In this document: positions 11,979-24,694 of the stretch, in pieces | Numbering within the stretch: position 1 is the stretch's first letter | Layout of the letters: each line of letters starts with the position of its first letter | Assembly (NCBI RefSeq): GCF_988242995.1 | Contig: NZ_OZ547043.1 | Strand: one strand, 5' to 3' | Length of the DNA: 64,000 bases | Notes under the pieces: model-generated | What the model saw: only the letters and a program-made list of their open reading frames with translations | Told to the model about the DNA's origin: nothing | Database searches by the model: none | Program-made: the position numbers and the translations under genes

Positions 11979-12764
11979 TTAAATCTCTACGTCGCGGTTG
12001 CAATCTTTTGAGTAAATATAACTAAACGCTTCACCACGCCCTACGCCATAACCGGCCTGTAAGGAATAAGCGCCCATAAAGATGTAATCGCCTTTTTTCA
12101 CCGGGATCCAGTTATTGTCGAGGTTATAAACCCCCTGACCGGAAAGAATATAGGCACCGTGTTCCTGGACGTGAGTTTCGATATAACCGTGGCTGGCACC
12201 TGGCGCAAAAGAGAGGATATGCATGTTCATATCAAAACCTAACTCTTTGGGCAGAAAATCCAGCAGAATAACATCGTCCATGCCTTCATAATGAATGCGC
12301 TCGAGTTCGCTGGCATTGCCAGAAACCAGCCACGGCGCATGACCTTCTACCGGAACATAGCGACGCTTATATAAAAAGATTTGGCTGTCTTCGACCTGGG
12401 CGTTAACAAACGTCATTAAGGAGCCTGGCGGGCAATAAAGATAGCCACCTTCGCTTAAGGTAAATGTTTTCCCTTCAGCTTTGGCAGTGATATTTCCAGA
12501 GATCACATACAGGAACGTTTCAATGCCTTCACCACCGAAGCCCTGTTGGTTACCGCCGTTTTGATGCAGTGTGACCAGATAATCAACAAATGAGGCCCCC
12601 AGCTTTGGCGTGGAGAGGATTGTCGCGTCACAATTTTCAAAGCCCGGAATAATATTTTTTACCAGACCGTCCGGGGTTAGCAGCGCGAAATTACCGTGTT
12701 TCACAATCGCACGGTTAGCCAGTAAATCATCGCGGTAACCGGTGACGTTATTTAAATATCCCAT
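11979..12764 (-). CDS. allE: ureidoglycine aminohydrolase (cupin)
   Basis: 261-aa ORF matching recalled YlbA/AllE. Confidence 0.85.
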   Translation of the reverse strand: MGYLNNVTGYRDDLLANRAIVKHGNFALLTPDGLVKNIIPGFENCDATILSTPKLGASFVDYLVTLHQNGGNQQGFGGEGIETFLYVISGNITAKAEGKTFTLSEGGYLYCPPGSLMTFVNAQVEDSQIFLYKRRYVPVEGHAPWLVSGNASELERIHYEGMDDVILLDFLPKELGFDMNMHILSFAPGASHGYIETHVQEHGAYILSGQGVYNLDNNWIPVKKGDYIFMGAYSLQAGYGVGRGEAFSYIYSKDCNRDVEI

Positions 12765-12774
12765 TTATAACTCC

Positions 12775-14010
12775 TTATTTCTGCCAGGCAAGTTGATAAA
12801 GCATGAGTGCCAACGTTTTGACCCCTTCGGCAAGGTCGGTAATATTGGTGCGTTCCGCCGGGTTATGACTGATCCCGTTGATGCTGGGAATGAAAATCAT
12901 GCAGGTTGGTACGCGAGGCGCGAAAATTTGCGCGTCGTGCCCGGCACCACTGTGCATCACCCGGTAATTCAGTTTTTCGCTTTCACACATTTCTGTCAGG
13001 GTGGCGACCAGTTCCTTGTTCATCGGCACGGGTTCTTCGTCCATCCATAAATCGATATCAATACCAATGTCCATTTCATCGCAAATCGCCCGCATGTCGT
13101 TTTCTAACTGTTGGGTGAAATCGCGCAGCACGGCAGCATCGGTATGACGACAATCAATGGTGAACGTGGTTTTACCCGGCACCACATTCACCGTATTCGG
13201 GCGCGGCTCCACCTTGCCAAAGGTCAGCACCAGCGGGTCGCCCATCTTTTTCGCTTTTTCGATCGACTGATGGCAAATGCGACTGAAAGCGTAAACCGTA
13301 TCACGACGATAACCCATCGGCGTGGTGCCTGCATGGTTTGATTCGCCGTTCAGCGTCACCGTATAGCGACGTTGCCCGACAATTGCATTCACCACGCCAA
13401 TTGACTGCCCATTACTTTCCAGCACACAGCCCTGTTCAATATGCAGTTCGACAAAGGCTTTAATATCCTGACGCGGAGTTAGTGGGGCGTTCGGCAGAGT
13501 AAATCCGCAAGCCTTCATCGCATCGACAAAACTATTTCCTTTGGCATCACAGATATTCCGCACGTCGTCAGGATTCGCCAGCCCAAAGATATTTTTACTG
13601 CCCCAGAAGACATACGGGAAGCGACTGCCTTCTTCTTCTGCCATCGCCACCACTTCGACCGTACGTAACGGCGCACCGTATTGCGTTTTCAACCAGTCAA
13701 TTGCCAGCCACGCCGCCAGCGCGCCGAATTGCCCGTCGAGGTTACCGCCGTTAACCACGGTATCGATATGCGAACCGCTCAGAACCACTTCCTGTGGATA
13801 TTCGGTCCCACTCAGGCGACCGTATAAATTGCCCACTTCATCGAAACGTGTTTCCAACCCGCTTGCTGCCATTCTTTTTTTAAATTGCTGCTGGGTTTCC
13901 AGCCATTCCGGCGAATAAAGTAAACGGGTCATACCACCCGTTGGGTCAGCGCCAAAAGAGGAAAGCCAGGGCAGCGTTTCTTCTATGGCTTGACGAAAAT
14001 GTGTAATCAT
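12775..14010 (-). CDS. allC: allantoate amidohydrolase (M20 peptidase family)
   Basis: 411 aa from the internal Met (MITHFRQAIEE...); track ORF extends 6 codons upstream. Confidence 0.85.
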   Translation of the reverse strand: MITHFRQAIEETLPWLSSFGADPTGGMTRLLYSPEWLETQQQFKKRMAASGLETRFDEVGNLYGRLSGTEYPQEVVLSGSHIDTVVNGGNLDGQFGALAAWLAIDWLKTQYGAPLRTVEVVAMAEEEGSRFPYVFWGSKNIFGLANPDDVRNICDAKGNSFVDAMKACGFTLPNAPLTPRQDIKAFVELHIEQGCVLESNGQSIGVVNAIVGQRRYTVTLNGESNHAGTTPMGYRRDTVYAFSRICHQSIEKAKKMGDPLVLTFGKVEPRPNTVNVVPGKTTFTIDCRHTDAAVLRDFTQQLENDMRAICDEMDIGIDIDLWMDEEPVPMNKELVATLTEMCESEKLNYRVMHSGAGHDAQIFAPRVPTCMIFIPSINGISHNPAERTNITDLAEGVKTLALMLYQLAWQK

Positions 14011-14041
14011 AAGAAAGTCCTGTCTCAATAATTATTGCGCA

Positions 14042-15080
14042 AAGGGATTTTTCGTTTCGTATGACGTGTTATAAAGCGCGTCGGAAATTAAATACTGGTA
14101 AATATCATCAACAATTTCGATGCCTTCGACGGCGGCTTTGCGTTGTTTAATATCCTGATCCTGTCCGGGATAATAAACCTGATTAAAACCGGGCGCGGGG
14201 TAATGGCATTTAATTCGCGCATGGTCTGGCTAAGATGTTGACGGAATAATTCGCTGGAGGAGAAAAAGTTCGGATTAATAACGATATGTAATTGCCCCAA
14301 ATTACGCCCGGCGTGTAAATCGTCATACATCGAACTAACCTGTCGCCCGAACGGTAAGCCGAGTAAGACGCCTGAGAGGACGTCAATCATCATCATCAGG
14401 CCATACCCTTTCGGCCCGGCGGCAGGGAGCAGGGCGTTAACTGCAAATGGATCGGTTGTTGGTGCACCGTTTTTATCGACCGCCCAGGTATCCGGGATAG
14501 ACATATTACGCGAGCGGGCGTCGAGCACTTTTCCCCATGCCTGTACGGTAGTCGCCATATCAAAGGTAAGGATCTCGTCGCCTTCTCCCGGCGCGGCAAA
14601 GGCCAGTGGGTTAGTACCGTAGTAAATTTCCGCGCCGCCAAACGGCACCACCATTGGATCGGACTGGCACATCGAAATGCCAATTAATCCGGCGCGGGCT
14701 GCCTGCTGCACAAAATAAGAGATTGCGCCGCTGTGACCCATCCGGCTGATACCGACCACCGCAACGCCATTTTGCTGGGCGGTTTTGATGGCATGTTCCA
14801 TACCCATTTTCGCCGCGACCTGTCCGGCGGCATTGTCGGCATGTAAAATTGCCGAACACGGCCCGGTTTCCTCAAGACGAAACTCCGGTTCGCGGTTGGT
14901 GCCGCCTTTTGAAATGCGTTCTGCGTAGTATTCAACGCGTACCGCGCCATGAGAGTGGATCCCTCTGGCATCGGCATAAACCAATACTTCAGCCACGGTT
15001 GCAGCGTGCTCACGTTTTAACCCAGCCCGGCAAAGTTTATTCTCGATTAGCTGGTGGAGTGTTTCCCGACTGATTTTCAT
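14042..15080 (-). pseudogene. allD: ureidoglycolate dehydrogenase with an apparent 1-bp frameshift near 14196
   Basis: reading frame from 15080 stops at 14088 after a divergent 35-aa tail, while the adjacent frame encodes a clean C-terminus (...GFNQVYYPGQDQDIKQRKAAVEGIEIVDDIYQYLISDALYNTSYETKNPFAQ) ending at 14042. Confidence 0.6.
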
Positions 15081-15396
15081 CTGCTGTCCTTTTTAACGAC
15101 GGTGTGAAGCATGACTGCAATTAACATACAGGGAAAATATCTGGATTATGTGATCCAGACAGGCAAAAAAATATAGTTAGAATTTATTTGATAATCATCC
15201 TGCTTTTAGCCTGATTTTTAAAATAACCGCGCTTATTAAAAAATAACGCGTAATAGTCTGGCGGTTATTTGAATTCTTTTGTTAATAATGTCTGTGTGAT
15301 ATTCATCACCTTATTTGCCCGTTGTCATCGATACCGTAATCGCCACATTAACACTGCTCGTGCAATTGCCATGGGTGCAATTTTTAAGGAGTTGTT

Positions 15397-17064
15397 ATGA
15401 TCCACGCCTTTATTAAAAAAGGGTGTTTTCAGGATTCGGTCAGTTTAATGATTATTTCACGAAAACTAAGCGAATCAGAAAATGTTGATGATGTTTCCGT
15501 AATGATGGGTACGCCCGCCAATAAAGCGTTATTAGATACCACAGGTTTCTGGCATGACGATTTTAATAACGCCACGCCGAACGATATTTGCGTGGCAATT
15601 CGTAGCGAAGCGGCGGATGCGGGGATCGCGCAGGCGATTATGCAACAGCTTGAAGAGGCGCTAAAACAACTGGCGCAGGGTTCAGGCAGCAGCCAGGCGT
15701 TGACGCAGGTGCGTCGCTGGGACAGTGCCTGTCAGAAATTACCCGATGCCAGTCTGGCGCTGATTTCAGTGGCTGGCGAGTATGCGGCGGAGCTGGCTAA
15801 TCAGGCGCTGGATCGCAACCTCAACGTGATGATGTTCTCCGATAACGTCACGCTGGAAGATGAAATCCAACTTAAAACCCGCGCGCGGGAAAAAGGCTTG
15901 CTGGTGATGGGGCCGGACTGCGGTACGTCGATGATTGCCGGCACGCCGCTGGCTTTTGCTAACGTGATGCCGGAAGGCAACATTGGCGTCATTGGCGCTT
16001 CCGGTACCGGGATTCAGGAGCTGTGCTCGCAGATTGCGCTGGCAGGGGAGGGAATTACTCACGCGATTGGCCTTGGCGGCCGCGACCTCAGCCGTGAAGT
16101 GGGCGGCATCAGTGCGCTGACGGCGCTGGAAATGCTCAGTGCAGACGAGAAAAGCGAAGTGCTGGCATTTGTTTCAAAACCACCTGCCGAAGCGGTGCGT
16201 CTGAAAATTGTTAATGCCATGAAAGCAACCGGCAAACCGACGGTGGCGCTGTTTTTAGGTTATACCCCGGCGGTGGCCCGCGACGAGAATGTCTGGTTTG
16301 CCTCCTCGCTGGATGAGGCCGCACGCCTGGCTTGCCTGCTTTCACGCGTTACGGCGCGACGTAACGCGATAACGCCTGCCAGCAGCGGATTTATTTGCGG
16401 TTTGTATACCGGCGGTACGCTGGCTGCCGAAGCGGCGGGATTACTTGCCGGACACCTTGGCGTGGAAGCCGATGATGCCCATCATCACGGCATGATGCTC
16501 GACGCCGACGGACATCAGATCCTCGACCTGGGCGATGATTTCTACACCGTCGGGCGTCCCCATCCGATGATCGACCCAACCTTACGCAACCAGTTAATTG
16601 CCGATCTCGGCGCTAAACCGTCAGTGCGCGTATTGCTACTTGATGTCGTGATTGGCTTCGGCGCGACCGCCGATCCTGCCGCCTCGCTGGTGAGCGCCTG
16701 GCAAAAAGCCTGTGCCGCGCGTTCAGACAGCCAACCGCTGTACGCCATTGCCACGGTGACAGGTACCGAACGTGACCCGCAATGCCGCTCGCAGCAAATC
16801 GCCACGCTGGAAGATGCGGGGATTGCGGTCGTGAGTTCGCTACCGGAAGCCACCTTGCTGGCGGCAGCGTTAATTCATCCGCTCTCGCCTGCCACACAGC
16901 AACACACACCGTCATTACTGGAAAACGTCGCCGTGATTAACATCGGATTACGCAACTTTGCGCTGGAGCTACAAAGCGCCAGCAAACCGGTTGTGCATTA
17001 CCAATGGTCGCCAGTCGCCGGCGGCAATAAAAAACTGGCTCGTTTATTAGAACGTTTGCAATAA
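15397..17064 (+). CDS. fdrA: FdrA (CoA-binding, succinyl-CoA synthetase-like) protein
   Basis: 555-aa ORF matching recalled FdrA. Confidence 0.85.
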   Translation: MIHAFIKKGCFQDSVSLMIISRKLSESENVDDVSVMMGTPANKALLDTTGFWHDDFNNATPNDICVAIRSEAADAGIAQAIMQQLEEALKQLAQGSGSSQALTQVRRWDSACQKLPDASLALISVAGEYAAELANQALDRNLNVMMFSDNVTLEDEIQLKTRAREKGLLVMGPDCGTSMIAGTPLAFANVMPEGNIGVIGASGTGIQELCSQIALAGEGITHAIGLGGRDLSREVGGISALTALEMLSADEKSEVLAFVSKPPAEAVRLKIVNAMKATGKPTVALFLGYTPAVARDENVWFASSLDEAARLACLLSRVTARRNAITPASSGFICGLYTGGTLAAEAAGLLAGHLGVEADDAHHHGMMLDADGHQILDLGDDFYTVGRPHPMIDPTLRNQLIADLGAKPSVRVLLLDVVIGFGATADPAASLVSAWQKACAARSDSQPLYAIATVTGTERDPQCRSQQIATLEDAGIAVVSSLPEATLLAAALIHPLSPATQQHTPSLLENVAVINIGLRNFALELQSASKPVVHYQWSPVAGGNKKLARLLERLQ

Positions 17065-17073
17065 GGGGTTCCC

Positions 17074-18333
17074 ATGTTTACATCAATGGCGCAAGCCAAT
17101 GCTGCGGTTATCGAACAAATTCGTCGTGCTCGTCCACACTGGCTGGATGTGCAACCGGCTTCTTCACTTATCAGCGAACTAAACGAGGGCAAAACACTGC
17201 TTCACGCCGGGCCGCCAATGCGCTGGCAGGAGATGACCGGACCCATGAAAGGGGCATGTGTGGGCGCATGTCTGTTTGAAGGCTGGGCGAAAGATGAAGC
17301 GCAGGCGCTGGCAATGCTGGAGCAGGGGGAAGTGAACTTCATTCCTTGTCACCATGTGAATGCTGTCGGGCCAATGGGTGGCATTACTTCTGCCAGTATG
17401 CCGATGCTGGTGGTCGAGAACGTGATCGACGGCAACCGGGCGTACTGCAACCTCAACGAAGGTATCGGCAAAGTGATGCGTTTTGGCGCTTACGGCGAAG
17501 ATGTCCTGACTCGCCATCGCTGGATGCGCGATGTGTTAATGCCGGTATTAAGCGCGGCGCTGGGGCGCATGGAGCGCGGTATCGATCTCACCGCGATGAT
17601 GGCGCAGGGCATTACGATGGGCGATGAGTTCCATCAGCGCAATATTGCTTCCTCAGCACTGTTAATGCGTGCGCTGGCCCCACAAATTGCTCGCCTCGAT
17701 CATGATAAACAACACATCGCGGAAGTGATGGATTTCCTCAGCGTGACCGATCAGTTCTTCCTCAACCTCGCGATGGCTTACTGCAAGGCGGCGATGGATG
17801 CTGCTGCGATGATCCGCGCAGGCAGCATCGTCACGGCTATGACCCGCAACGGCAATATGTTCGGGATTCGGGTCAGCGGGCTGGGCGAACGCTGGTTTAC
17901 TGCGCCTGTAAACACTCCCCAAGGTCTGTTTTTCACCGGCTTCTCGCAGGAGCAGGCGAACCCGGATATGGGCGATAGCGCAATTACCGAAACCTTTGGT
18001 ATTGGCGGAGCCGCAATGATCGCAGCGCCTGGCGTAACGCGCTTTGTCGGTGCGGGTGGCATGGAAGCGGCCAGAACCGTTTCTGAAGAGATGGCGGAAA
18101 TTTACCTTGAGCGCAATATGCAGTTGCAGATCCCAAGCTGGGATTTTCAGGGCGCGTGCCTGGGGCTGGATATTCGTCGCGTGGTAGAAACCGGCATTAC
18201 GCCACTCATCAATACCGGTATCGCCCATAAAGAGGCGGGGATCGGGCAGATTGGCGCAGGCACTGTGCGGGCACCGCTGGCGTGCTTTGAACAGGCGCTG
18301 GAAGCACTGGCTGAAAGCATGGGGATTGGTTGA
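17074..18333 (+). CDS. ylbE: DUF1116 family protein
   Basis: 419-aa ORF immediately downstream of fdrA; appears intact here. Confidence 0.8.
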   Translation: MFTSMAQANAAVIEQIRRARPHWLDVQPASSLISELNEGKTLLHAGPPMRWQEMTGPMKGACVGACLFEGWAKDEAQALAMLEQGEVNFIPCHHVNAVGPMGGITSASMPMLVVENVIDGNRAYCNLNEGIGKVMRFGAYGEDVLTRHRWMRDVLMPVLSAALGRMERGIDLTAMMAQGITMGDEFHQRNIASSALLMRALAPQIARLDHDKQHIAEVMDFLSVTDQFFLNLAMAYCKAAMDAAAMIRAGSIVTAMTRNGNMFGIRVSGLGERWFTAPVNTPQGLFFTGFSQEQANPDMGDSAITETFGIGGAAMIAAPGVTRFVGAGGMEAARTVSEEMAEIYLERNMQLQIPSWDFQGACLGLDIRRVVETGITPLINTGIAHKEAGIGQIGAGTVRAPLACFEQALEALAESMGIG

Positions 18334-18343
18334 GGAACGCACA

Positions 18344-19159
18344 ATGACGATCATCCATCCTCTGCTTGCCAGCCGTAGTGCACCGAATTATCGCCAGTCC
18401 TGGCGGTTAGCGGGCGTGTGGCGGCGGGCGATTAACCTGATGACGGAAAGCGGTGAATTGTTAACACTGCATCGTCAGGGTAGTGGTTTCGGCCCCGGAG
18501 GATGGGTGCTTCGCCGCGCGCAATTCGATGCGTTATGCGGTGGATTATGCGGCAATGAACGACCACAGGTTGTGGCTCAAGGGATTCGCCTCGGGCGTTT
18601 CACGGTTAAACAGCCACAGCGTTATTGTTTGCTGCGTATTACGCCGCCTGCGCATCCTCAACCGCTTGCAGCGGCATGGATGCAACGCGCGGAGGAAACC
18701 GGGCTTTTCGGGCCACTGGCGTTGGCGGCAGGCGATCCGCTTCCTGCTGAGTTACGCCAGTTTCGCCACTGTTTTCAGGCCGCGCTCAATGGCGTGAAGA
18801 CCGACTGGCGGCACTGGCTGGGCAAAGGTCCGGGATTAACGCCGAGTCATGATGACACGCTGAGCGGAATGCTGCTGGCGGCCTGGTATTATGGCGCTTT
18901 AGATGCGCGCTCCGGTCGCCCATTTTTTGCCTGTTCCGACAATCTTCAACTCGTTACCACAGCGGTGAGCGTCAGTTATTTACGTTATGCCGCGCAAGGA
19001 TATTTCGCCTCGCCACTCCTGCACTTTGTCCATGCTCTGAGTTGCCCGAAACGTACCGCTGTTGCAATTGATTCGCTGCTGGCGCTGGGGCATACGTCAG
19101 GGGCAGATACGCTGCTGGGGTTCTGGCTTGGTCAACAATTATTACAAGGAAAACCATGA
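18344..19159 (+). CDS. ylbF: DUF2877 family protein
   Basis: 271 aa from Met [10 protein letters not shown]...; track ORF from 18251 overlaps ylbE. Confidence 0.8.
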   Translation: MTIIHPLLASRSAPNYRQSWRLAGVWRRAINLMTESGELLTLHRQGSGFGPGGWVLRRAQFDALCGGLCGNERPQVVAQGIRLGRFTVKQPQRYCLLRITPPAHPQPLAAAWMQRAEETGLFGPLALAAGDPLPAELRQFRHCFQAALNGVKTDWRHWLGKGPGLTPSHDDTLSGMLLAAWYYGALDARSGRPFFACSDNLQLVTTAVSVSYLRYAAQGYFASPLLHFVHALSCPKRTAVAIDSLLALGHTSGADTLLGFWLGQQLLQGKP

Positions 19160-20049
19160 AAACACTGGTTGTAGCTCTTGGGGGCAACGCCTTACTCCAG
19201 CGCGGTGAGGCGCTGACGGCAGAAAATCAATATCGCAATATTGCCAGTGCTGTACCCGCGCTGGCGCGCCTGGCCCGTTCTTATCGGCTGGCGATTGTTC
19301 ACGGCAACGGGCCGCAGGTGGGGCTGCTGGCGTTACAGAATCTGGCGTGGAAAGAGGTAGAACCGTATCCGCTGGATGTGCTGGTGGCGGAAAGTCAGGG
19401 GATGATTGGCTATATGCTGGCGCAGAGTTTGAGCGCGCAGCCGCAGATGCCGCCGGTGACGACGGTGCTGACGCGCATTGAGGTTTCGCCTGATGATCCG
19501 GCGTTTTTGCAGCCAGAAAAATTTATTGGTCCGGTTTATCAGCCAGAAGAACAAAAGGCACTGGAAGCGGCTTACGGCTGGCAGATGAAACGTGATGGTA
19601 AATATTTGCGCCGGGTGGTGGCGTCTCCGCAACCGCGTAAAATTCTCGACAGCGAAGCCATCGAGTTGTTGCTCAAAGAGGGGCATGTGGTGATTTGCAG
19701 TGGCGGCGGCGGTGTGCCTGTGACGAAAGACGGGGCAGGGAGTGAAGCAGTGATTGATAAAGATCTCGCCGCTGCGTTGCTCGCTGAGCAGATTAACGCC
19801 GATGGGCTGGTGATCCTCACCGATGCTGACGCGGTTTATGAAAACTGGGGAACGCCGCAGCAACGCGCCATTCGCCGTGCCACACCGGATGAGTTAGCGC
19901 CATTTGCCAAAGCCGATGGTTCGATGGGGCCGAAGGTAACGGCGGTGAGTGGCTATGTCAGAAGCCGTGGCAAACCTGCGTGGATTGGGGCGTTATCGCG
20001 GATTGAAGAGACGCTGGCGGGCGAAGCGGGGACCTGTATTTCGCTGTAG
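19156..20049 (+). CDS. ybcF: carbamate kinase-like protein
   Basis: 297-aa ORF of the amino-acid kinase family (ArcC-like). Confidence 0.85.
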   Translation: MKTLVVALGGNALLQRGEALTAENQYRNIASAVPALARLARSYRLAIVHGNGPQVGLLALQNLAWKEVEPYPLDVLVAESQGMIGYMLAQSLSAQPQMPPVTTVLTRIEVSPDDPAFLQPEKFIGPVYQPEEQKALEAAYGWQMKRDGKYLRRVVASPQPRKILDSEAIELLLKEGHVVICSGGGGVPVTKDGAGSEAVIDKDLAAALLAEQINADGLVILTDADAVYENWGTPQQRAIRRATPDELAPFAKADGSMGPKVTAVSGYVRSRGKPAWIGALSRIEETLAGEAGTCISL

Positions 20050-20087
20050 TCGTAGGCATTAGACATTTGTGCCTGATGCGACGCTTG

Positions 20088-20947
<860 letters not shown>

Positions 20948-20972
<25 letters not shown>

Positions 20973-21478
20973 TTCTCCAGCTCCTGGCGCTTTTTTTCCA
21001 GGAGATGCTCCTGCATGGCTTTCAGATATGCATTTTCTGCGCGAAGATAACGCAGCTCATTCTTCATCTCTTCCGGCGTCATGTTTGCCTCGTTTTCATG
21101 GGTATCATCAGAACGGGTCATGCTTTTCTCCTTCCTGCGCCTGATAAAGGCCTCATTACCAGATTTGCGGTAGCCTTTTATCCAGTTTTTAACCGTGTTG
21201 TGGCTGGGAATGTTAAACCGGGCAGCTACCCGGGGTAGAGACTCAGAATGCCCGAGAGCATAAAGAACCACGCAAAGTTTATCTTCAGGAGAATAGCTAC
21301 GCTTGTGTCTGCAATCCAGTGCCCGAGGACCGTGAAGAAGAAAAAGATTAATCCAGTGTGAGAGGCTGGTGTGAGAAAGTTGAAAGAGTTTTGCCGTAGA
21401 AATGATGCCTGCATGACCAGCCAGGTAATGATTTACAGCGGCAAGTTTTACTTCAAATGAATGTTTCATAAACTGCAC
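20948..21478 (-). CDS. insJ: IS150 transposase OrfA (HTH)
   Basis: 176-aa ORF matching recalled IS150 InsJ. Confidence 0.8.
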
Positions 21479-21610
21479 CTTCAGATGTCAGATTATGTCC
21501 AACATTTGGGGTGCAGTTCATGACGCGTCTTATCAGGCCTACAATGGGTACCGGAGCGTTAAGCCGGATAAGGCGTTCACGCCGAATCCGGTAAGAATAT
21601 GAGCACCAGG

Positions 21611-22678
21611 TTAACTGAACTTACTCTGCGCCCACATCACGCCGCTGGCATACTCCGGCGGCAGCAGCGGGATTAAGGCTTCCAGCGTCGCGGTCAGACG
21701 CGATGTGTCGCTGTCGGTTAAATTCAGATGCCCCACTTTACGCCCCGGACGGACTTCTTTGTCGTACCAGTGCAGATGCACCAGCGGCAATTTCAGCCAG
21801 TCATAATTCACATCGCTACCAATCAGGTTGATCATCACCGACGGACTATTCACTACCGGTTGCGGTAACGGCAGATCGGTAATCGCCCGCAGATGCAGCT
21901 CAAACTGGCTGATGCTGGCACCGTTTTGCGTCCAGTGACCACTGTTATGCACACGCGGAGCCAGTTCGTTGATCAGCAGACCTTGCGGGGTGACAAAACA
22001 CTCCATCGCCATCACGCCCACATAGCCCAGCTCCTGCATAATCGCCGACAGCATCTCTTCGGCCTGCGCCTGCTGCTGCGCGTTGGCCTGCGGGAAAGCG
22101 ACGCTGGTGCGCAAAATACCGTCCTGATGCAGGTTATGCGTCAGCGGATAAAACACGGTGCTACCATCAAAGCCGCGCGCGCCAACCAGCGACACTTCGC
22201 CAGAGAAGTTTATGCCCTGCTCGACAATACATTCGCCGTAGCATTCAGCCGGTAACTGTTCGGTTTCATCGGCGCGTAAACGCCATTGACCGCGTCCGTC
22301 ATAGCCACCAGTGCGACGCTTAACAATCGCCAGCTCACCTAAACGATCAAACACCGCAGGCCACTCGCTGCGATCGGCAAGTAACTGCCACGGTGCGGTC
22401 GGTAGGTGAAGCTTGTCGAAAAGCTGCTTCTGAGTCAGACGGTCAGCAATAATCGGGAATACATCGCGGTTCACAAAGGCCGGATGGCGCGCCAGCTCGC
22501 GGGTTAATGCGGTTTCCGGCCAGCGTTCGATCTCAGCGGTAATCACACTTTGTTGAAAAGGCACCGCCGCCGGTTCAGCGTCCAGCCCGACTGGCCAGAC
22601 AGCAATGCCTAACGGTTCGCCTGCCTGACGCAGCATACGGCCTAACTGCCCGTTACCGAGGACGCAAACCTGTTTCAT
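21611..22678 (-). CDS. purK: N5-carboxyaminoimidazole ribonucleotide synthase
   Basis: 355-aa ATP-grasp ORF matching recalled PurK. Confidence 0.9.
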   Translation of the reverse strand: MKQVCVLGNGQLGRMLRQAGEPLGIAVWPVGLDAEPAAVPFQQSVITAEIERWPETALTRELARHPAFVNRDVFPIIADRLTQKQLFDKLHLPTAPWQLLADRSEWPAVFDRLGELAIVKRRTGGYDGRGQWRLRADETEQLPAECYGECIVEQGINFSGEVSLVGARGFDGSTVFYPLTHNLHQDGILRTSVAFPQANAQQQAQAEEMLSAIMQELGYVGVMAMECFVTPQGLLINELAPRVHNSGHWTQNGASISQFELHLRAITDLPLPQPVVNSPSVMINLIGSDVNYDWLKLPLVHLHWYDKEVRPGRKVGHLNLTDSDTSRLTATLEALIPLLPPEYASGVMWAQSKFS

Positions 22679-23184
22679 GCCGCACCTCGCGGGTCCGGGT
22701 TTTCCAGCACTTCGTCAGTCTGGGCTTTGCGCCAGTCATTCAGACGCTGGTGCAGTTCTTTATCATGAGTCGCAAGAATTTGTGCTGCCAGTAACGCCGC
22801 GTTTGCCGCGCCAGCTTTACCAATCGCCAGCGTACCCACCGGAATGCCGCGCGGCATTTGTACGATGGAGTAGAGGCTATCGACACCGCTCAGTGCGGCG
22901 CTCTGTACTGGCACGCCCAGTACTGGCACTAACGTTTTGGCGGCAATCATGCCCGGCAGGTGCGCTGCGCCGCCTGCGCCCGCAATAATCACCTGATAAC
23001 CGTTCTCTTCGGCACTTTCGGCGAAGCTGAACAGTTTATCGGGGGTGCGGTGAGCAGAAACCACTTCAACGTGGTGCGGGACATTCAGGATTTCGAAGAT
23101 TTCGGCGGCGAACTGCATGGTAGCCCAGTCGCTTTTGGACCCCATCACGATGGCGACACGCGCCGGATTATTGCGGGAAGACAT
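22675..23184 (-). CDS. purE: N5-CAIR mutase
   Basis: 169 aa from Met [19 protein letters not shown]...; overlaps purK stop. Confidence 0.9.
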   Translation of the reverse strand: MSSRNNPARVAIVMGSKSDWATMQFAAEIFEILNVPHHVEVVSAHRTPDKLFSFAESAEENGYQVIIAGAGGAAHLPGMIAAKTLVPVLGVPVQSAALSGVDSLYSIVQMPRGIPVGTLAIGKAGAANAALLAAQILATHDKELHQRLNDWRKAQTDEVLENPDPRGAA

Positions 23185-23301
23185 GCGTCTTAAAACTCCT
23201 GTGGTGCACAACTCTCGGCTTTAGAGGGCACAGAGAATAGCACGGAAAGAGAGCAAGGAAAACGGTTGCGTGGCTGTGAAATCAGCAAAGTTGCGGGTTT
23301 T

Positions 23302-24024
23302 TTAAAACGGAAAATGAATCAGCTCAACGTCATCCGCCGTGACTTTCACCATCGAACCTTCCGTATGCCAGGCACCCAGCACGACGCGGAAAGCAGGTTG
23401 CTGATTGGCGATAAGTTCATGTACTGCCGGGCGATGGGTATGCCCGTGAATCAGCCATTGCACCTGATGTTTTTCCATCGCACTGACTACCGCGTTTTGG
23501 TTAACGTCCATGATCGCCAGCGATTTACTGCTGTTGGCTTCTTTGCTGTTCGCGCGCATTCGCGCGGCAATGCGTTTGCGCACAAACAACGGCAGGGCGA
23601 GGAATAGCGTTTGCAGCCAGGGTTTGTGGACTTTGGCGCGAAAAGCCTGATAACCGGCGTCATCGGTGCACAGCGTGTCGCCATGCATAATCAATACCCG
23701 GCGACCATACAGTTCGAGCACCTTTTCTTCCGGCAATAACGTCATGCCGCTTTCACGGGCAAAGCGTTTGCCGAGCAGAAAATCACGGTTGCCATGAATG
23801 AAATAACAGGGAACGCCGGAATCGGACACCGCTTTGATCGCTGCCGCCATCTGGCGATGGAGTGGGTTGGGATCGTCGTCGCCAATCCACGCTTCAAACA
23901 GATCGCCAAGAATATACAGCGCGTCGGCCTTGCGGGCTTCCCCCGCTAAAAAACGCAGAAAACCGGCGGTGATCGCCGGTTCTTCCGCGCAGAGATGAAG
24001 ATCTGCAATAAAGAGTGTCGCCAC
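23302..24024 (-). CDS. lpxH: UDP-2,3-diacylglucosamine hydrolase
   Basis: 240-aa calcineurin-like phosphoesterase ORF matching recalled LpxH. Confidence 0.9.
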   Translation of the reverse strand: MATLFIADLHLCAEEPAITAGFLRFLAGEARKADALYILGDLFEAWIGDDDPNPLHRQMAAAIKAVSDSGVPCYFIHGNRDFLLGKRFARESGMTLLPEEKVLELYGRRVLIMHGDTLCTDDAGYQAFRAKVHKPWLQTLFLALPLFVRKRIAARMRANSKEANSSKSLAIMDVNQNAVVSAMEKHQVQWLIHGHTHRPAVHELIANQQPAFRVVLGAWHTEGSMVKVTADDVELIHFPF

Positions 24025-24026
24025 GA

Positions 24027-24521
24027 TTACTCGCTAACGGTCACGCTTTCAATGATAACGTCTTCTTTTGGCACGTCCTGGTGCATACCGCTACGACCGG
24101 TTGCAACACCTTTGATTTTGTCTACCACGTCCATGCCTTCAACCACTTCAGCAAACACGCAGTAACCCCAACCTTGCAGGCTTTCGCCGGAGAAGTTCAG
24201 GAAGTCGTTATCAACCACGTTGATGAAGAACTGTGCAGTTGCAGAGTGCGGAGCCTGAGTACGGGCCATTGCCAGCGTACCACGGGTATTTTTCAGACCG
24301 TTGTTGGCTTCGTTTTTGATCGGTTCTTTGGTGGCTTTTTGCTTCATGCCCGGTTCAAAACCGCCGCCCTGAATCATAAAGCCGTTGATAACACGGTGGA
24401 AAATGGTGTTGTTGTAAAAACCTTCGCGGCAGTAGTCCAGGAAGTTTTTAACTGTTTCAGGTGCTTTATCGTCAAAAGTTTTGATGACAATATCGCCGTG
24501 ATTGGTGTGGAAAGTAACCAT
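24027..24521 (-). CDS. ppiB: peptidyl-prolyl cis-trans isomerase B
   Basis: 164-aa cyclophilin ORF. Confidence 0.9.
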   Translation of the reverse strand: MVTFHTNHGDIVIKTFDDKAPETVKNFLDYCREGFYNNTIFHRVINGFMIQGGGFEPGMKQKATKEPIKNEANNGLKNTRGTLAMARTQAPHSATAQFFINVVDNDFLNFSGESLQGWGYCVFAEVVEGMDVVDKIKGVATGRSGMHQDVPKEDVIIESVTVSE

Positions 24522-24694
24522 TTTTGCATCCTGTTCCGTTTGATTGGTGCTTCAACCCGGTTCGGGTCATATATAGGGTGGTGTTATAGCATAACCGCAC
24601 GATCGGATCATCACGCAATGTATGCTGATTCGCGCGGGAAATATGGGTATTATACGCAACTCAATTACCCACACATGTCTAAACGGAATCTTCG

